DNA of 55,825 bases from an uncultured Eubacteriales bacterium (lineage in GTDB: Bacteria > Bacillota > Clostridia > Oscillospirales > Acutalibacteraceae). How positions within the stretch are numbered: the stretch's first letter is position 1; each line of letters starts with the position of its first letter. The translations under genes and the position numbers were made by a program. The stretch lies in NCBI GenBank assembly GCA_964448455.1, contig CAYUWQ010000001.1:1-55825 (forward strand), read 5' to 3'. This document shows positions 8,727-17,857 of the stretch, piece by piece. The notes under the pieces are model-generated. The model was not told the origin of the DNA. It saw nothing but the letters and a program-made list of their open reading frames with translations, and made no database searches.

Positions 8727-11060
8727 ATGAAGCAAGTTGTATGCGTAAAATGCAAAGTCAGGCCTGCCGTTTTTTTCGTAACCCGGGTGGAAGGTGAAAA
8801 AAACATGCAGGAGGGGTTCTGCATGAAATGCGCGATGGATTTAAATATCGGTCCCGTCAAGCAGATTATGCAAAGTATGGGCATTTCGGAAGAAGAATTC
8901 GAGGAAATGAGCAATCAGTTCAACAGTTTTATCGAAAACGCCGACGGCACCGGATTTACGCCCGGCGGCGCCGGAACAGTGCCGTTTCTCCAATCGCTCG
9001 GTCAAATGAACTTAGGCGAGTTTAAACCCGAAGAGTCATCTGCGTTTGAGGATGTACCGGACGAACCCCTGGACGGGCAGCCGACCAGGAAAGAAGAACG
9101 GATACCGGGTAAAAAAAGAAGCAGAAACAAAGAAGGGGACGAGAATAAGCGCAAGTTCTTACCCCTTTATTGCACGGATTTGACAGCAAAGGCGAGGGCC
9201 GGTCAAATTGACAGAATCATCGGACGGGAAAATGAAATATACAGAACCGTTCAAATTCTTTGCAGGCGTTCAAAAAACAACCCCTGCCTTATCGGTGAAC
9301 CGGGTGTCGGTAAAACAGCCATTGCCGAAGGGCTCGCGCTGCGCATCGCTAGCGGTGATGTGCCGGCTAAACTCGCGAAAAAGGAGATTCATCTTCTTGA
9401 TTTGACAGCGCTCGTCGCGGGCACTCAGTTCCGTGGACAGTTTGAAAGCCGCATCAAAGGACTTGTCGACGAGGTTAAAGCGGAAGGCAACATCATTCTG
9501 TTTATTGATGAGGTTCACAATCTTGTCGGTTCCGGTGATGCCGAAGGTTCCATGAACGCCGCGAATATTCTAAAGCCCTCACTGTCAAGGGGAGAGGTTC
9601 AGATCATCGGCGCGACGACCTTCAACGAGTACCGCAAGTATATTGAAAAAGACGCGGCGCTTGAACGGCGCCTTCAGCCGGTTAAAATTGAAGAACCATC
9701 GGTGGAAGACACTTACAAAATGCTCCTTGGCATCAAGGATTATTATGAGAACTATCACAGGGTCGCCATCAGCGACTCCCTGATTTACAGAGCGGTCATC
9801 CTGTCAGAACGGTATATCAACGACCGTTTCCTGCCGGATAAAGCGATCGATTTACTGGACGAAGCCTGCACCTGCGCGAATTTGAGAAACAAGCATATCA
9901 GCGAGTGGGAAGTGGCGGAAAGTAAACTCACGGAACTCATATCCGCACATAAGTCGGCTGCGGAAAATGTTGATGATGTTGATTTTGAAGAAATCGCGCG
10001 GCTCAAAGCCGAAATATCCGCGCTTGAAAACAATATGGACAACCTCAAAGAACTGGCCTCCGATAACGCTGTGACAGAAGAAGATCTGGCGAAGGTGATA
10101 CAGCTTTGGACAGGTATACCCGCGCAGAAAGTGATTGAAAGCGATTTACGCAGACTCGCGGATTTGGAAAGCAAGCTGAAGCGGAAAATTATCGGGCAGG
10201 ATGCCGCCGTTGAACTCGTCGCCGCCGCAATCCGGCGCGGGCGTGTGCAGATTAATCCGAGGCGCCGTCCGTCATCCTTCATTTTTGTCGGGCCGACCGG
10301 CGTGGGTAAAACCGAGCTTGTAAAGCAGCTTGCCTGCGAACTGTTTGATACACCGGAAACGCTTATCCGGCTTGATATGTCAGAGTTTATGGAAAAACAC
10401 TCCGTTTCGCGCATTATCGGTTCGCCGCCGGGCTATGTCGGTTATGACGAGGCGGGGCAGCTGACTGAAAAAGTGCGGCGAAAACCTTATTCGGTTCTGC
10501 TTTTTGATGAGATTGAAAAAGCGCATCCCGATGTGATGAACATTCTGCTGCAAATCCTTGATGAGGGCAGAATTACCGATGCGCAAGGCAGAACGGTCAG
10601 TTTTGAAAACACCGTGATTATTATGACCTCAAACGCCGGCAGTGATAAAAAAGAAGGCGCGCTCGGTTTTACCAAGAGCAAGGGCGACGCCTCAAAAGAA
10701 AAGGTTCTTAAAGCCCTGTCGGACTTTCTTCGTCCGGAGTTTATCGGGCGTGTTGACGAAATCGCGGTTTTCAACGAACTTTCCGTTGAGGATTATGAGC
10801 GAATCGCGGTGCTGATGCTTGAAGAGCTCGTTGAGCCTCTGCGCGACAAGGGAATTTTGTTTTCCTGGGGCACCGATATCCCGGCCGCCCTTGCACAGCT
10901 TTCGGTTGGCGGTGCGAGAGGCGCGAGGGACCTGCGCAATGTGATTCGCCGCAAAGTTGAGGATAAAATAGCGTCGCTCATTGTTGAGAGCATGGGCAGT
11001 CCGATAAAAACAGTAACACTTGCGCTCAACGCGGAAGAGATTGTACTGCTATCCGCCTGA
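8727..11060 (+). CDS. Class I (two-ring) Clp/Hsp100 AAA+ unfoldase, ClpC-like, with an atypical N-terminal 4-Cys zinc ribbon
   Basis: AAGGAG RBS. D1 Walker A is [15 protein letters not shown] and Walker B is ILFIDEVH. D2 Walker A is [15 protein letters not shown] and Walker B is [11 protein letters not shown]. There is a short coiled-coil middle region and a ClpP-docking-like loop (GALGFT). The N-terminus has C6-x2-C9...C32-x2-C35 instead of Clp_N repeats. Confidence 0.9.
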   Translation: MKQVVCVKCKVRPAVFFVTRVEGEKNMQEGFCMKCAMDLNIGPVKQIMQSMGISEEEFEEMSNQFNSFIENADGTGFTPGGAGTVPFLQSLGQMNLGEFKPEESSAFEDVPDEPLDGQPTRKEERIPGKKRSRNKEGDENKRKFLPLYCTDLTAKARAGQIDRIIGRENEIYRTVQILCRRSKNNPCLIGEPGVGKTAIAEGLALRIASGDVPAKLAKKEIHLLDLTALVAGTQFRGQFESRIKGLVDEVKAEGNIILFIDEVHNLVGSGDAEGSMNAANILKPSLSRGEVQIIGATTFNEYRKYIEKDAALERRLQPVKIEEPSVEDTYKMLLGIKDYYENYHRVAISDSLIYRAVILSERYINDRFLPDKAIDLLDEACTCANLRNKHISEWEVAESKLTELISAHKSAAENVDDVDFEEIARLKAEISALENNMDNLKELASDNAVTEEDLAKVIQLWTGIPAQKVIESDLRRLADLESKLKRKIIGQDAAVELVAAAIRRGRVQINPRRRPSSFIFVGPTGVGKTELVKQLACELFDTPETLIRLDMSEFMEKHSVSRIIGSPPGYVGYDEAGQLTEKVRRKPYSVLLFDEIEKAHPDVMNILLQILDEGRITDAQGRTVSFENTVIIMTSNAGSDKKEGALGFTKSKGDASKEKVLKALSDFLRPEFIGRVDEIAVFNELSVEDYERIAVLMLEELVEPLRDKGILFSWGTDIPAALAQLSVGGARGARDLRNVIRRKVEDKIASLIVESMGSPIKTVTLALNAEEIVLLSA

Positions 11061-11095
11061 AAACCCGTTTGTGACCCTGCAAATCGCAAAAAAAG

Positions 11096-11140
11096 ACAAA
11101 CAGTAAGAATCGCGGTTTAGGGCGATCCTTACTGTTTGTT
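11096..11140. terminator. Bidirectional Rho-independent terminator (long hairpin) between convergent genes
   Basis: acaaacagtaagaatcgc / gcgatccttactgtttgt forms a stem of about 16 bp with one mismatch. It is flanked by an A-run on the left and a T-rich tail on the right. Confidence 0.7.
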
Positions 11141-11158
11141 TATTAACTGAATTACGCG

Positions 11159-11575
11159 CTAATTGCCGTCTGCGTCAAAGTCTTGGTCAAAGTCACCCAT
11201 GAGTTCGCCTGACCTGAAACGCATGCGCAGTCTCTCATTCTCCACCCGCTCATCAAGCACGGTTTTGAAAGCGGCACAATGCTTGATATTGCGTATTTCC
11301 AGCGTCGGATTGGTTTTATCGGACGACCGGATAAGCAGCGTGCCGAGTCCTGCCATTTTTTGAAATAGAGTCCGCTTGATGGAAACATCCATTACTCTGA
11401 ACAAAAGAAGGTCTTCCTGCGTTGAAGTCAGCAAACCTTTGTTCATTTGCAGGCTTTTCGGCGTAAGTGTGTACTTGGTGAAGGTGAAAGGCAAACCGAA
11501 AAACAGCCAGCGTTTTCTCTCCTTATAGACCTTCGCGTCAAGCATGGTATCGCTTGTCTGGGTATTTTCGCTCAT
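11159..11575 (-). CDS. Bacterial PH-domain (bPH_2 / YdbS-YdbT-like) protein
   Basis: GAAGGAGGA RBS. 138 aa. The pattern ...YTLTPKSLQMNKGLLTSTQEDLLLFRVMDVSIKRTLFQKMAGLGTLLI... is typical of the DUF304/bPH_2 fold. Confidence 0.7.
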   Translation of the reverse strand: MSENTQTSDTMLDAKVYKERKRWLFFGLPFTFTKYTLTPKSLQMNKGLLTSTQEDLLLFRVMDVSIKRTLFQKMAGLGTLLIRSSDKTNPTLEIRNIKHCAAFKTVLDERVENERLRMRFRSGELMGDFDQDFDADGN

Positions 11576-11631
11576 CTAAAATCCTCCTTCAATGTTTCAA
11601 CATTCTTGCAGGCAAGCCGGCTCTGCCGGTA

Positions 11632-12549
11632 TCAGTACATCTCTTCGTCATCGTCGGTAATCCGTTTTTTAATTTCGTTTAGCAATTCTTCCAGAATATC
11701 CAGCTGATTTTTAGCGATTCTGCTGAAGTTCGGATACCCGTTTATCAGCCGGTTGATTTTTTCTCTGTTCTTTTTCTTATCCGCCTTTTTACCGCGCACC
11801 GCGAAGCCGAAAGGTTCCACTATTTCACTCATCTGCTTTGCCATATCGCCCCGCCATGCCGCGAATCTTTCGACCCGTTTTGCCGCGGAGGCTTGAATTC
11901 CGTCAAATCTTACCTCCACATTGCTCTTGATATCGTTAGCGACATTGGTTATCGTATCGGTCAATTTGTGAACTTTATCCATCACTTTTTTTACATCCAT
12001 TGCGTTGCGAACGGCGTTGATGATATCAAGCACAAAGATTATCAGGATGATCGAAATTAAAATATATATTTTTTTCGGCTGTGCCGCAGGGAAAAGGTTT
12101 TCGGCATACCGGGAAAAAAACGGGTGAATCAAATAAACAAAAACCAGCGAGGCGATGCCCCAATACAGGGTATGCTGCAGACAAATCCGCCCTTGAATAT
12201 TGAACGGCTTCTCGCTGTAATCCCACCATCGGGCGTGAAACAGCTTTTCCATGGCCAGACTCGTGATAAATTCGACGATGTCGGCAAGTATCATGCCCAC
12301 GATGAAAACAAGCAGGGGAGTAAGTGACACCCCGAACACGCTGACCGGGGCGGGCGTCATCTCTTTGAGCGGTTTGAGGAAAACAATCATCACCAGCGCC
12401 CCCGCGCCGTAAATCGGGCACAGCGGTCCGGTTAAAAATCCACGGTTTATCCACTTATGTTCACCAAGGGAACAATAAATAGATTCGGCCAGCCAACCCA
12501 GCGCGCTGTAGAAAAAATAATAGACAGCCAGCAATGATACAGTATACAT
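11632..12549 (-). CDS. Membrane protein of the 'putative ABC-transporter type IV' (PF06541-like) family
   Basis: The N-terminal hallmark is FFYSALGWLAESIYCSLGEHKWINRGFLTGPLCPIYGAGALV. I chose the ATG at 12549 as the start because GGAG lies 7 nt upstream; the ATG at 12555 is only 1 nt from the SD. Confidence 0.75.
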   Translation of the reverse strand: MYTVSLLAVYYFFYSALGWLAESIYCSLGEHKWINRGFLTGPLCPIYGAGALVMIVFLKPLKEMTPAPVSVFGVSLTPLLVFIVGMILADIVEFITSLAMEKLFHARWWDYSEKPFNIQGRICLQHTLYWGIASLVFVYLIHPFFSRYAENLFPAAQPKKIYILISIILIIFVLDIINAVRNAMDVKKVMDKVHKLTDTITNVANDIKSNVEVRFDGIQASAAKRVERFAAWRGDMAKQMSEIVEPFGFAVRGKKADKKKNREKINRLINGYPNFSRIAKNQLDILEELLNEIKKRITDDDEEMY

Positions 12550-12578
12550 AAGCATGCTCCAAATCCGCGAAGATTGAT

Positions 12579-13121
12579 TTATTTGCTCTTTTCGATTTGT
12601 GTGTAAAAGCGTTTTCTGTATTTTCGTGAAAGGGAAATCTGCAGTTCTTTGGTCGCACAGTATTTATCGGCCAGGCTGACGATAATTGCTTCTTTGTATC
12701 GGGGCGGCAAAGGAGTCAGCGGCCACATATGCCTAATTATAATATTTTCTGTTTTCTTGTCAAGCTCACCGCACAGCGCCCGGGCGTTCTTTAAGGCAAA
12801 ACGGGGGTGCAGATAACCGTGCGGCCGGTGGCTCCAATCATTTTCACGCCAGTCATAATAAAACAAGTCGTGCAGTATGCCCCCTCTGGCGGCTGTTGCC
12901 CAGTCCAAGCCGAGCCTCCTGCACATGCGAAAACTCAAATACGAAACACTTGTAATGTGCTGCAGACGGTTGATTTGCAGATGCTGTTCAAAATCCTGTA
13001 AGCTTTTTACTTCCGGGGCGTTATAGAGCGCTGAGATACAAGCCATGAAAGCGGTGCCTTCCAGCTTTTCCGGATGGTAAGAAAGCAGATATGCATAATA
13101 AAGCTTGCCCAGTCGTTTCAC
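12579..13121 (-). CDS. HD-domain metal-dependent phosphohydrolase
   Basis: RLQHITSVSY...GGILHDLFYYDW shows the H...HD motif. 180 aa from GTG 13121. The start is uncertain; an alternative ATG lies at 13046. Confidence 0.7.
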   Translation of the reverse strand: MKRLGKLYYAYLLSYHPEKLEGTAFMACISALYNAPEVKSLQDFEQHLQINRLQHITSVSYLSFRMCRRLGLDWATAARGGILHDLFYYDWRENDWSHRPHGYLHPRFALKNARALCGELDKKTENIIIRHMWPLTPLPPRYKEAIIVSLADKYCATKELQISLSRKYRKRFYTQIEKSK

Positions 13122-13131
13122 CCCGTATTCG

Positions 13132-13168
13132 AAAAAATAAGCCGCCGTATCAAGTTGATTCGGCGGCT
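13132..13168 (-). terminator. Rho-independent terminator downstream of tRNA-Ser
   Basis: On the minus strand: agccgccg, a 13-nt loop, cggcggct, then TTATTTTTT. Confidence 0.6.
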
Positions 13169-13179
13169 CCGGTGCCTTG

Positions 13180-13271
13180 TGGCGGAGAGCAAGGGATTCG
13201 AACCCTCGAAGCCGTTTTGCGACTTACACGATTTCCAGTCGTGCTCCTTAGACCAACTCGGACAACTCTCC
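13180..13271 (-). tRNA. tRNA-Ser (anticodon GGA), class II with long variable arm, encoded CCA
   Basis: The reverse complement is GGAGAGTTGTCCGAGTTGGTCTAAGGAGCACGACTGGAAATCGTGTAAGTCGCAAAACGGCTTCGAGGGTTCGAATCCCTTGCTCTCCGCCA. The anticodon stem is CACGA/TCGTG and the loop is CTGGAAA. Confidence 0.9.
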
Positions 13272-13304
13272 CTATGGCAGACTCTGCGATTTTGGCACCT
13301 GCCT

Positions 13305-13333
13305 ATTATAGCCAAAGCGTGTGTCAAAATCAA
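13305..13333 (-). promoter_or_regulatory. Putative promoter for tRNA-Ser (TTGATT, 17 nt spacer, TATAAT)
   Basis: On the minus strand, TTGATT is at 13333-13328 and TATAAT at 13310-13305. It lies about 30 nt upstream of the tRNA 5' end. Confidence 0.5.
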
Positions 13334-13492
13334 GCTATTTTTTTTCAATTCCCGCGTAATGTAAAAATGTCCGGCTGAATGATAATACAGATGTATGTCG
13401 GTCGCTGAAAAAACTCATACTGGACTAATCGTAAGTTTGCTCTTATCATAATTGAATAAGATAAAAAATCAAAGAAATAAACAAAAAATTTA

Positions 13493-13520
13493 TTGACATT
13501 TGCCATGCATTTAATATATA
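13493..13520 (+). promoter_or_regulatory. Putative promoter (TTGACA, 16 nt spacer, TATATA) for the dockerin-protein gene
   Basis: TTGACA is at 13493-13498 and TATATA at 13515-13520, within an AT-rich intergenic region. This leaves a leader of about 120 nt. Confidence 0.45.
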
Positions 13521-13646
13521 CTAACAATGGAGTATGGGAAAATGCAGTTAGTTTTTTGTTTGACCGGCTGCAGAACCAAATTTCACGAAAAATGGTTCCT
13601 TATACATTTGTAAGCAATTGCCTATTTATTTTGGAGGTGCATTTTA

Positions 13647-16600
13647 ATGAAGCAATCAAAACGGATTCTCAGCGTGCTCATGGCAGTGGTAATGCTGCTC
13701 ACGGCGGTCCAAATCAATGCTTTCGCGGCTCACACAAGCTATGTGAACGCGGGCGGGTATGATATCTTGGACAATCCTTATGTTACGCCGGCTCAAGCAG
13801 CGTCCATGCTGTTGGACATGGTTGACGCGATGCTTGCCGAAGAGGACATGACAATACCTGTCGATATTTATGTCGGCAGCAAGACCATTGACTTAAGGTC
13901 GATTGACAAAGCAACAACATCAATTGACGACTTTTGGAATTGGACGTGGATTGACATTGCCTTTGGCGTTCTCAACTTCGCCGACATTGAAGACATGAAC
14001 ATGACCTGGATTGAGAATTGCCCGCTTAGAACAGATGCCGGCAAAACAGACCTCGATGTTGTTCTCGCGCTTACCCGGTTTTTGAAAGACAATAACGAAC
14101 GCATCGGCAAAATTATTGATGACACCTTTGATTACGGCTTTGTCGAAACTGTTACAGATTTACCGGACACCATACATGATGTTCCGGGAACGCTCAAAGC
14201 CTCTATCTTGGAAACTCTAAACGATGGTGTCGCGCCTCCCGCAGGCACAACGGTTGACAGCCTTGTTCAAAAGCTTGTTGACAGCGCAATTATCGGCGAA
14301 CTTGACCCGGAAACCGGCAAATATGACGGCGCCCTGCCCGGATTGCTTGGTAAAACCAATATCAGTACCACCAGTGTTTACACACTCTTTACCGATGCTA
14401 TTAACGCCGGAATTGAAGAACTTGTTGTTCCCGGTCTTTCAACATTGCTTTTAGGACTTGCCGGTGTTGAGATTACACCGGAATACCCAGGCGGCAATCC
14501 GGAAGGCGCGGAGAATCTGGATATGGTAATTGGTTTGCTGTCCGAAATCGGCGGCGATATACCTTATACACCTGAGGATTTGGAGACTCCGCTTGCCCAA
14601 ATGAATGCCGCGCTCACTTATATGCTTGTTGAAGGCGGTATGGATGTTTATTTCTATCTTGACGATACGGGGCTTCATATTACACCCGCCTTTGTGGAGT
14701 TGTTTGACGGGTTGGTTAGGGTTGCGTTGACACTTATTCCGAACCTCGGCTTTTTGGAGAATACGAAAGTGTTCAAAACCGAAGAAGAAGTGATGGCAAT
14801 GTCAACGCCGGACTGCTACGCATATCTTGCCCGTTTGCTGCTCAACGAATTCGTCGAGTTTGCTGACATACCGGAAACCGCATCTACCGTCAGGTCTGTA
14901 TTTACCTATCTGCTTATCAGTTTGGCAAAAGATGTTTTACCGGACAACAATTTTGAGCAAATGGTCGCGGCCGGCACACTCAACCCCTTTACTGACGGTA
15001 TCTTTGTTGTTGCCGCTCCGCTTATGCGCTACTATCTCAACGGTCTGTTGCCGATTGACATTCCGGCCGGGTTGAATTTTGAGCAGACCATCGGGTTTGT
15101 GTTTGACTGGTTCCTCGGCAAATACGGCGGGCTGTTCTATACAGGCAGTATCCTGCCTACAGATACCGTATGGCAGAAGATTGACAAGGTTCTTTTCAGT
15201 ATTATTCCGCTCAACTGGCTGCCTGCGCAGTTTACCGGTTCCAAATACCTGGTGATGGATTGGTTCCTCGGAAATATTCTTGATTTTAACTATGTCGGGC
15301 TGTTCAGCATTGTTAAAAGGAACCCGAACTCAGAACTGAACAACAGTGTTGTCAAGGTACTGCTGAACACGGTTGCCCGTTTTCTCAAGAGCATGCTTGG
15401 CAACAATGTAATCCTTCCGATGAATCTTCCGTCTCTGGATGCCATATTCACCAAACCAAATCTCCGTTCAACCATTCAACAGCTTTGCAGGTATCTGTAC
15501 GACAACGGCAACAGTCTGCTGGGCACCCTCTTCCCGCTGGTCACGCAAGTCATGGGCATATGGACAAAAGAAACCTATATCCGCAAAGCACCGGCGGGCG
15601 CGCCGCTGGTCAGCATTCCTGCGCTGCAAAGTCTGCTGGATTCCTATACACCGCGTAACTTAAATGCGAATTTGCAGTATTATGAGACTGGTTATAACTT
15701 CTTCGGAGCAGAAGACTTCACAGAACTGCGCAACTACTTTAACTACAAACAGGCAAAAACCGAAGTGCAGGGCTTGCTTGACGCGTACGCTGAAGATCCC
15801 GAAACGCTTGATCTCCAGAAGAATACCGACGCTGCTTACCGGGTTACCTTCTATTACAACCGCCTGGTGAAGAGGACTCCCCTGAGTACCACACAATTGT
15901 TGCTGGAGATGAAAAAAGCCCTTGAGCAAAATGAGTATCTGCAGGAGGACTATACCGCAAAGAGCTGGGCGGTGTATCAAACCGCGCTTCAGTTTGCGGA
16001 AAAAGTACGCGTTGGCGTCGTCTTGGGTGAGTCGTGGATTCGGCAGTCCACCATATCGGCTGCAAGGCAAAATCTATTTAAGGCCGTTAAAGGTCTGACA
16101 GATTTTGTTCCGTATGCTGATTATACACAGCTTGACATGTACATTGCCGAAGCGGTAAACAGGCTGGCCAGCCTACCTGCCGGTATTTTCACACCGGAAA
16201 GCATTCAGGATTTACGGGATGCCATTACCGCGGCGCAAGGCATCGATCGATTTGTTTCTTATGAGGAACAAACAATTGTGGATGATGTTGCGGCTCAGCT
16301 TTATACTGCGATGTATGGCCTTGTTTATATTCTGGCTCCCGCGATCAACCCGATTCCCTATTCCGTAAACGATTTCTGGGGTAATCCTATAACGCCGGTT
16401 GTAAATACGACAAGACGATTTATCTACGGTTTGGCTCCGGGCGGGTTTAGTTTAAGTTTCTTCGATTTGGTTGGCGGCGCTTCCGCTTCACTCATATTCA
16501 CACAGCAGGGTAAGGGTACCGGCACCAGGGTTAGACTGATGTCCGGCGGTTCTCTGATTGCGACTTACACAGTTGTAATCTTTGGCGATGTGAACGGTGA

Positions 16601-16808
16601 CGGCAATATTGATGACGGTGACAGCGGTCAAATCGTTGATTATGAAAACTACCTGTACAACTGGGCAGGCAGTCCTGACAAACGCTTTGCCGCGGATGTC
16701 AACGGCGACGGCACTATCGACTCCATCGATGCCGGCGTCGTAACGGATGTTCTGAATTACATGAAAACTGTTGATCAGGTTACCGGTTTAGCCCTCCCTG
16801 TGGCTTGA
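13647..16808 (+). CDS. Large secreted protein of unknown function with FIVAR-like helical repeats and a C-terminal type I dockerin
   Basis: GGAGGTG RBS. The signal peptide is MKQSKRILSVLMAVVMLLTAVQINAFA. About 700 aa have no motif I can name. Then come helical repeats (YTAKSWAVYQTALQFAEKV, FTPESIQDLRDAITAAQGI), a small beta domain and the dockerin repeats DVNGDGNIDDGD and DVNGDGTIDSID. Confidence 0.85.
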   Translation: MKQSKRILSVLMAVVMLLTAVQINAFAAHTSYVNAGGYDILDNPYVTPAQAASMLLDMVDAMLAEEDMTIPVDIYVGSKTIDLRSIDKATTSIDDFWNWTWIDIAFGVLNFADIEDMNMTWIENCPLRTDAGKTDLDVVLALTRFLKDNNERIGKIIDDTFDYGFVETVTDLPDTIHDVPGTLKASILETLNDGVAPPAGTTVDSLVQKLVDSAIIGELDPETGKYDGALPGLLGKTNISTTSVYTLFTDAINAGIEELVVPGLSTLLLGLAGVEITPEYPGGNPEGAENLDMVIGLLSEIGGDIPYTPEDLETPLAQMNAALTYMLVEGGMDVYFYLDDTGLHITPAFVELFDGLVRVALTLIPNLGFLENTKVFKTEEEVMAMSTPDCYAYLARLLLNEFVEFADIPETASTVRSVFTYLLISLAKDVLPDNNFEQMVAAGTLNPFTDGIFVVAAPLMRYYLNGLLPIDIPAGLNFEQTIGFVFDWFLGKYGGLFYTGSILPTDTVWQKIDKVLFSIIPLNWLPAQFTGSKYLVMDWFLGNILDFNYVGLFSIVKRNPNSELNNSVVKVLLNTVARFLKSMLGNNVILPMNLPSLDAIFTKPNLRSTIQQLCRYLYDNGNSLLGTLFPLVTQVMGIWTKETYIRKAPAGAPLVSIPALQSLLDSYTPRNLNANLQYYETGYNFFGAEDFTELRNYFNYKQAKTEVQGLLDAYAEDPETLDLQKNTDAAYRVTFYYNRLVKRTPLSTTQLLLEMKKALEQNEYLQEDYTAKSWAVYQTALQFAEKVRVGVVLGESWIRQSTISAARQNLFKAVKGLTDFVPYADYTQLDMYIAEAVNRLASLPAGIFTPESIQDLRDAITAAQGIDRFVSYEEQTIVDDVAAQLYTAMYGLVYILAPAINPIPYSVNDFWGNPITPVVNTTRRFIYGLAPGGFSLSFFDLVGGASASLIFTQQGKGTGTRVRLMSGGSLIATYTVVIFGDVNGDGNIDDGDSGQIVDYENYLYNWAGSPDKRFAADVNGDGTIDSIDAGVVTDVLNYMKTVDQVTGLALPVA
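16584..16763 (+). other. Dockerin module (duplicated Ca-binding loop-helix repeats) inside the CDS 13647-16808
   Basis: The sequence is GDVNGDGNIDDGDSGQIVDY...ADVNGDGTIDSIDAGVVTDVLNYM. This is two copies of the DxNxDGxIDxxD F-hand motif about 35 residues apart. Confidence 0.85.
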
Positions 16809-16875
16809 TTCATCCGAGCCACCCGGGTTAGGCGACTTCGACACATTCATTAATTCAGCTGAATTCATCAAAAAT

Positions 16876-16910
16876 GCCCGTCCGGCGTTCTGCCGGGCGG
16901 GCAAAAATTT
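16876..16910 (+). terminator. Rho-independent terminator
   Basis: gcccgtccggc, loop gttct, gccgggcgggc gives an 11-bp GC-rich stem with one G-U pair. It is followed by AAAAATTTT. Confidence 0.6.
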
Positions 16911-16995
16911 TACTGTTTTTGCCTTGCGGATGTTACTTTCATTATGATATAATCGTTAGGCGGTAACACCCAATTAATTTCGAGGAGTTGTCTGT

Positions 16996-17841
16996 ATGTT
17001 TAACTTTCCCATAGGCGTAATTATTGACAGTTTCAGAACAGATATTCCGGCAGCGGTAAAAAAAGCAGCTGCGGTAGGCGCTCAGGGCATCCAGGTTTAT
17101 TCCACCTATGGCGAAATGGCGCCGGAGAATCTTTCAACAGCCAAGCGTAAAGAGTTTGCCGCGTTGGTGGCAGACAGTGGCCTTCAAATATCCGCGCTTT
17201 GCGGGGACCTGGGAGGCGGAGGCTTCACCAAAAAAAAGATGAACAAAGAAAAGGTTAACCGCTCAAAAGAAATTCTAAATCTAGCCAAAGAACTTGGCAC
17301 GGATGTTGTCACCACTCACATCGGTGTGGTTCCGGACGACCCGGACAACGATCGATACAAGATTATGCAGGAAGCCTGCCGTGAACTGGCCGAATATGCT
17401 GATACGCTTGACGCGCATTTCGCAATAGAAACGGGCCCGGAAACATCTTTTGTATTAAAAGGGTTTTTAGATACATTAAATTCAAAAGGCGTTGCGGTTA
17501 ATCTTGACCCGGCGAACCTTGTCATGGTAACCGGTGACGATCCCGTCAAAGCGGTTTACAACTTAAAGGACTACATTGTACATACGCACGCTAAAGACGG
17601 CAAGCAATTATTTTATAAAGACCCCGAAATTGTCTATGGCATGAAAAAGTCTGTTATTATAACTGCCAGTTCCTTCGAAGAGGTGCCGCTGGGTGAAGGG
17701 CAGGTTGACTGGCCTAAATATTTAGCGGCACTCGATGATATCGGCTATAAGGGATTTTTGACAATCGAGCGTGAAGTCGGCAAAAATCCCGAAGAAGATA
17801 TCCGCAACGCAGTACAGTTTTTGAAAAAATTAATGCTATAG
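16996..17841 (+). CDS. Sugar phosphate isomerase/epimerase (xylose isomerase-like TIM barrel, AP_endonuc_2 fold)
   Basis: 281 aa. The pattern ...AIETGPE...NLDPANL...HTHAKDG...GFLTIEREV... contains the metal-ligand E/D/H/E positions typical of this family. Confidence 0.8.
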   Translation: MFNFPIGVIIDSFRTDIPAAVKKAAAVGAQGIQVYSTYGEMAPENLSTAKRKEFAALVADSGLQISALCGDLGGGGFTKKKMNKEKVNRSKEILNLAKELGTDVVTTHIGVVPDDPDNDRYKIMQEACRELAEYADTLDAHFAIETGPETSFVLKGFLDTLNSKGVAVNLDPANLVMVTGDDPVKAVYNLKDYIVHTHAKDGKQLFYKDPEIVYGMKKSVIITASSFEEVPLGEGQVDWPKYLAALDDIGYKGFLTIEREVGKNPEEDIRNAVQFLKKLML

Positions 17842-17857
17842 AGGGGGCAGATTGACG

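Noticed and set aside
9785-10414. A 209-aa minus-strand ORF inside the Clp ATPase gene.
   Set aside because: It is antisense to the conserved D1/D2 linker and D2 Walker region. The translation is Ser-rich and low in complexity.
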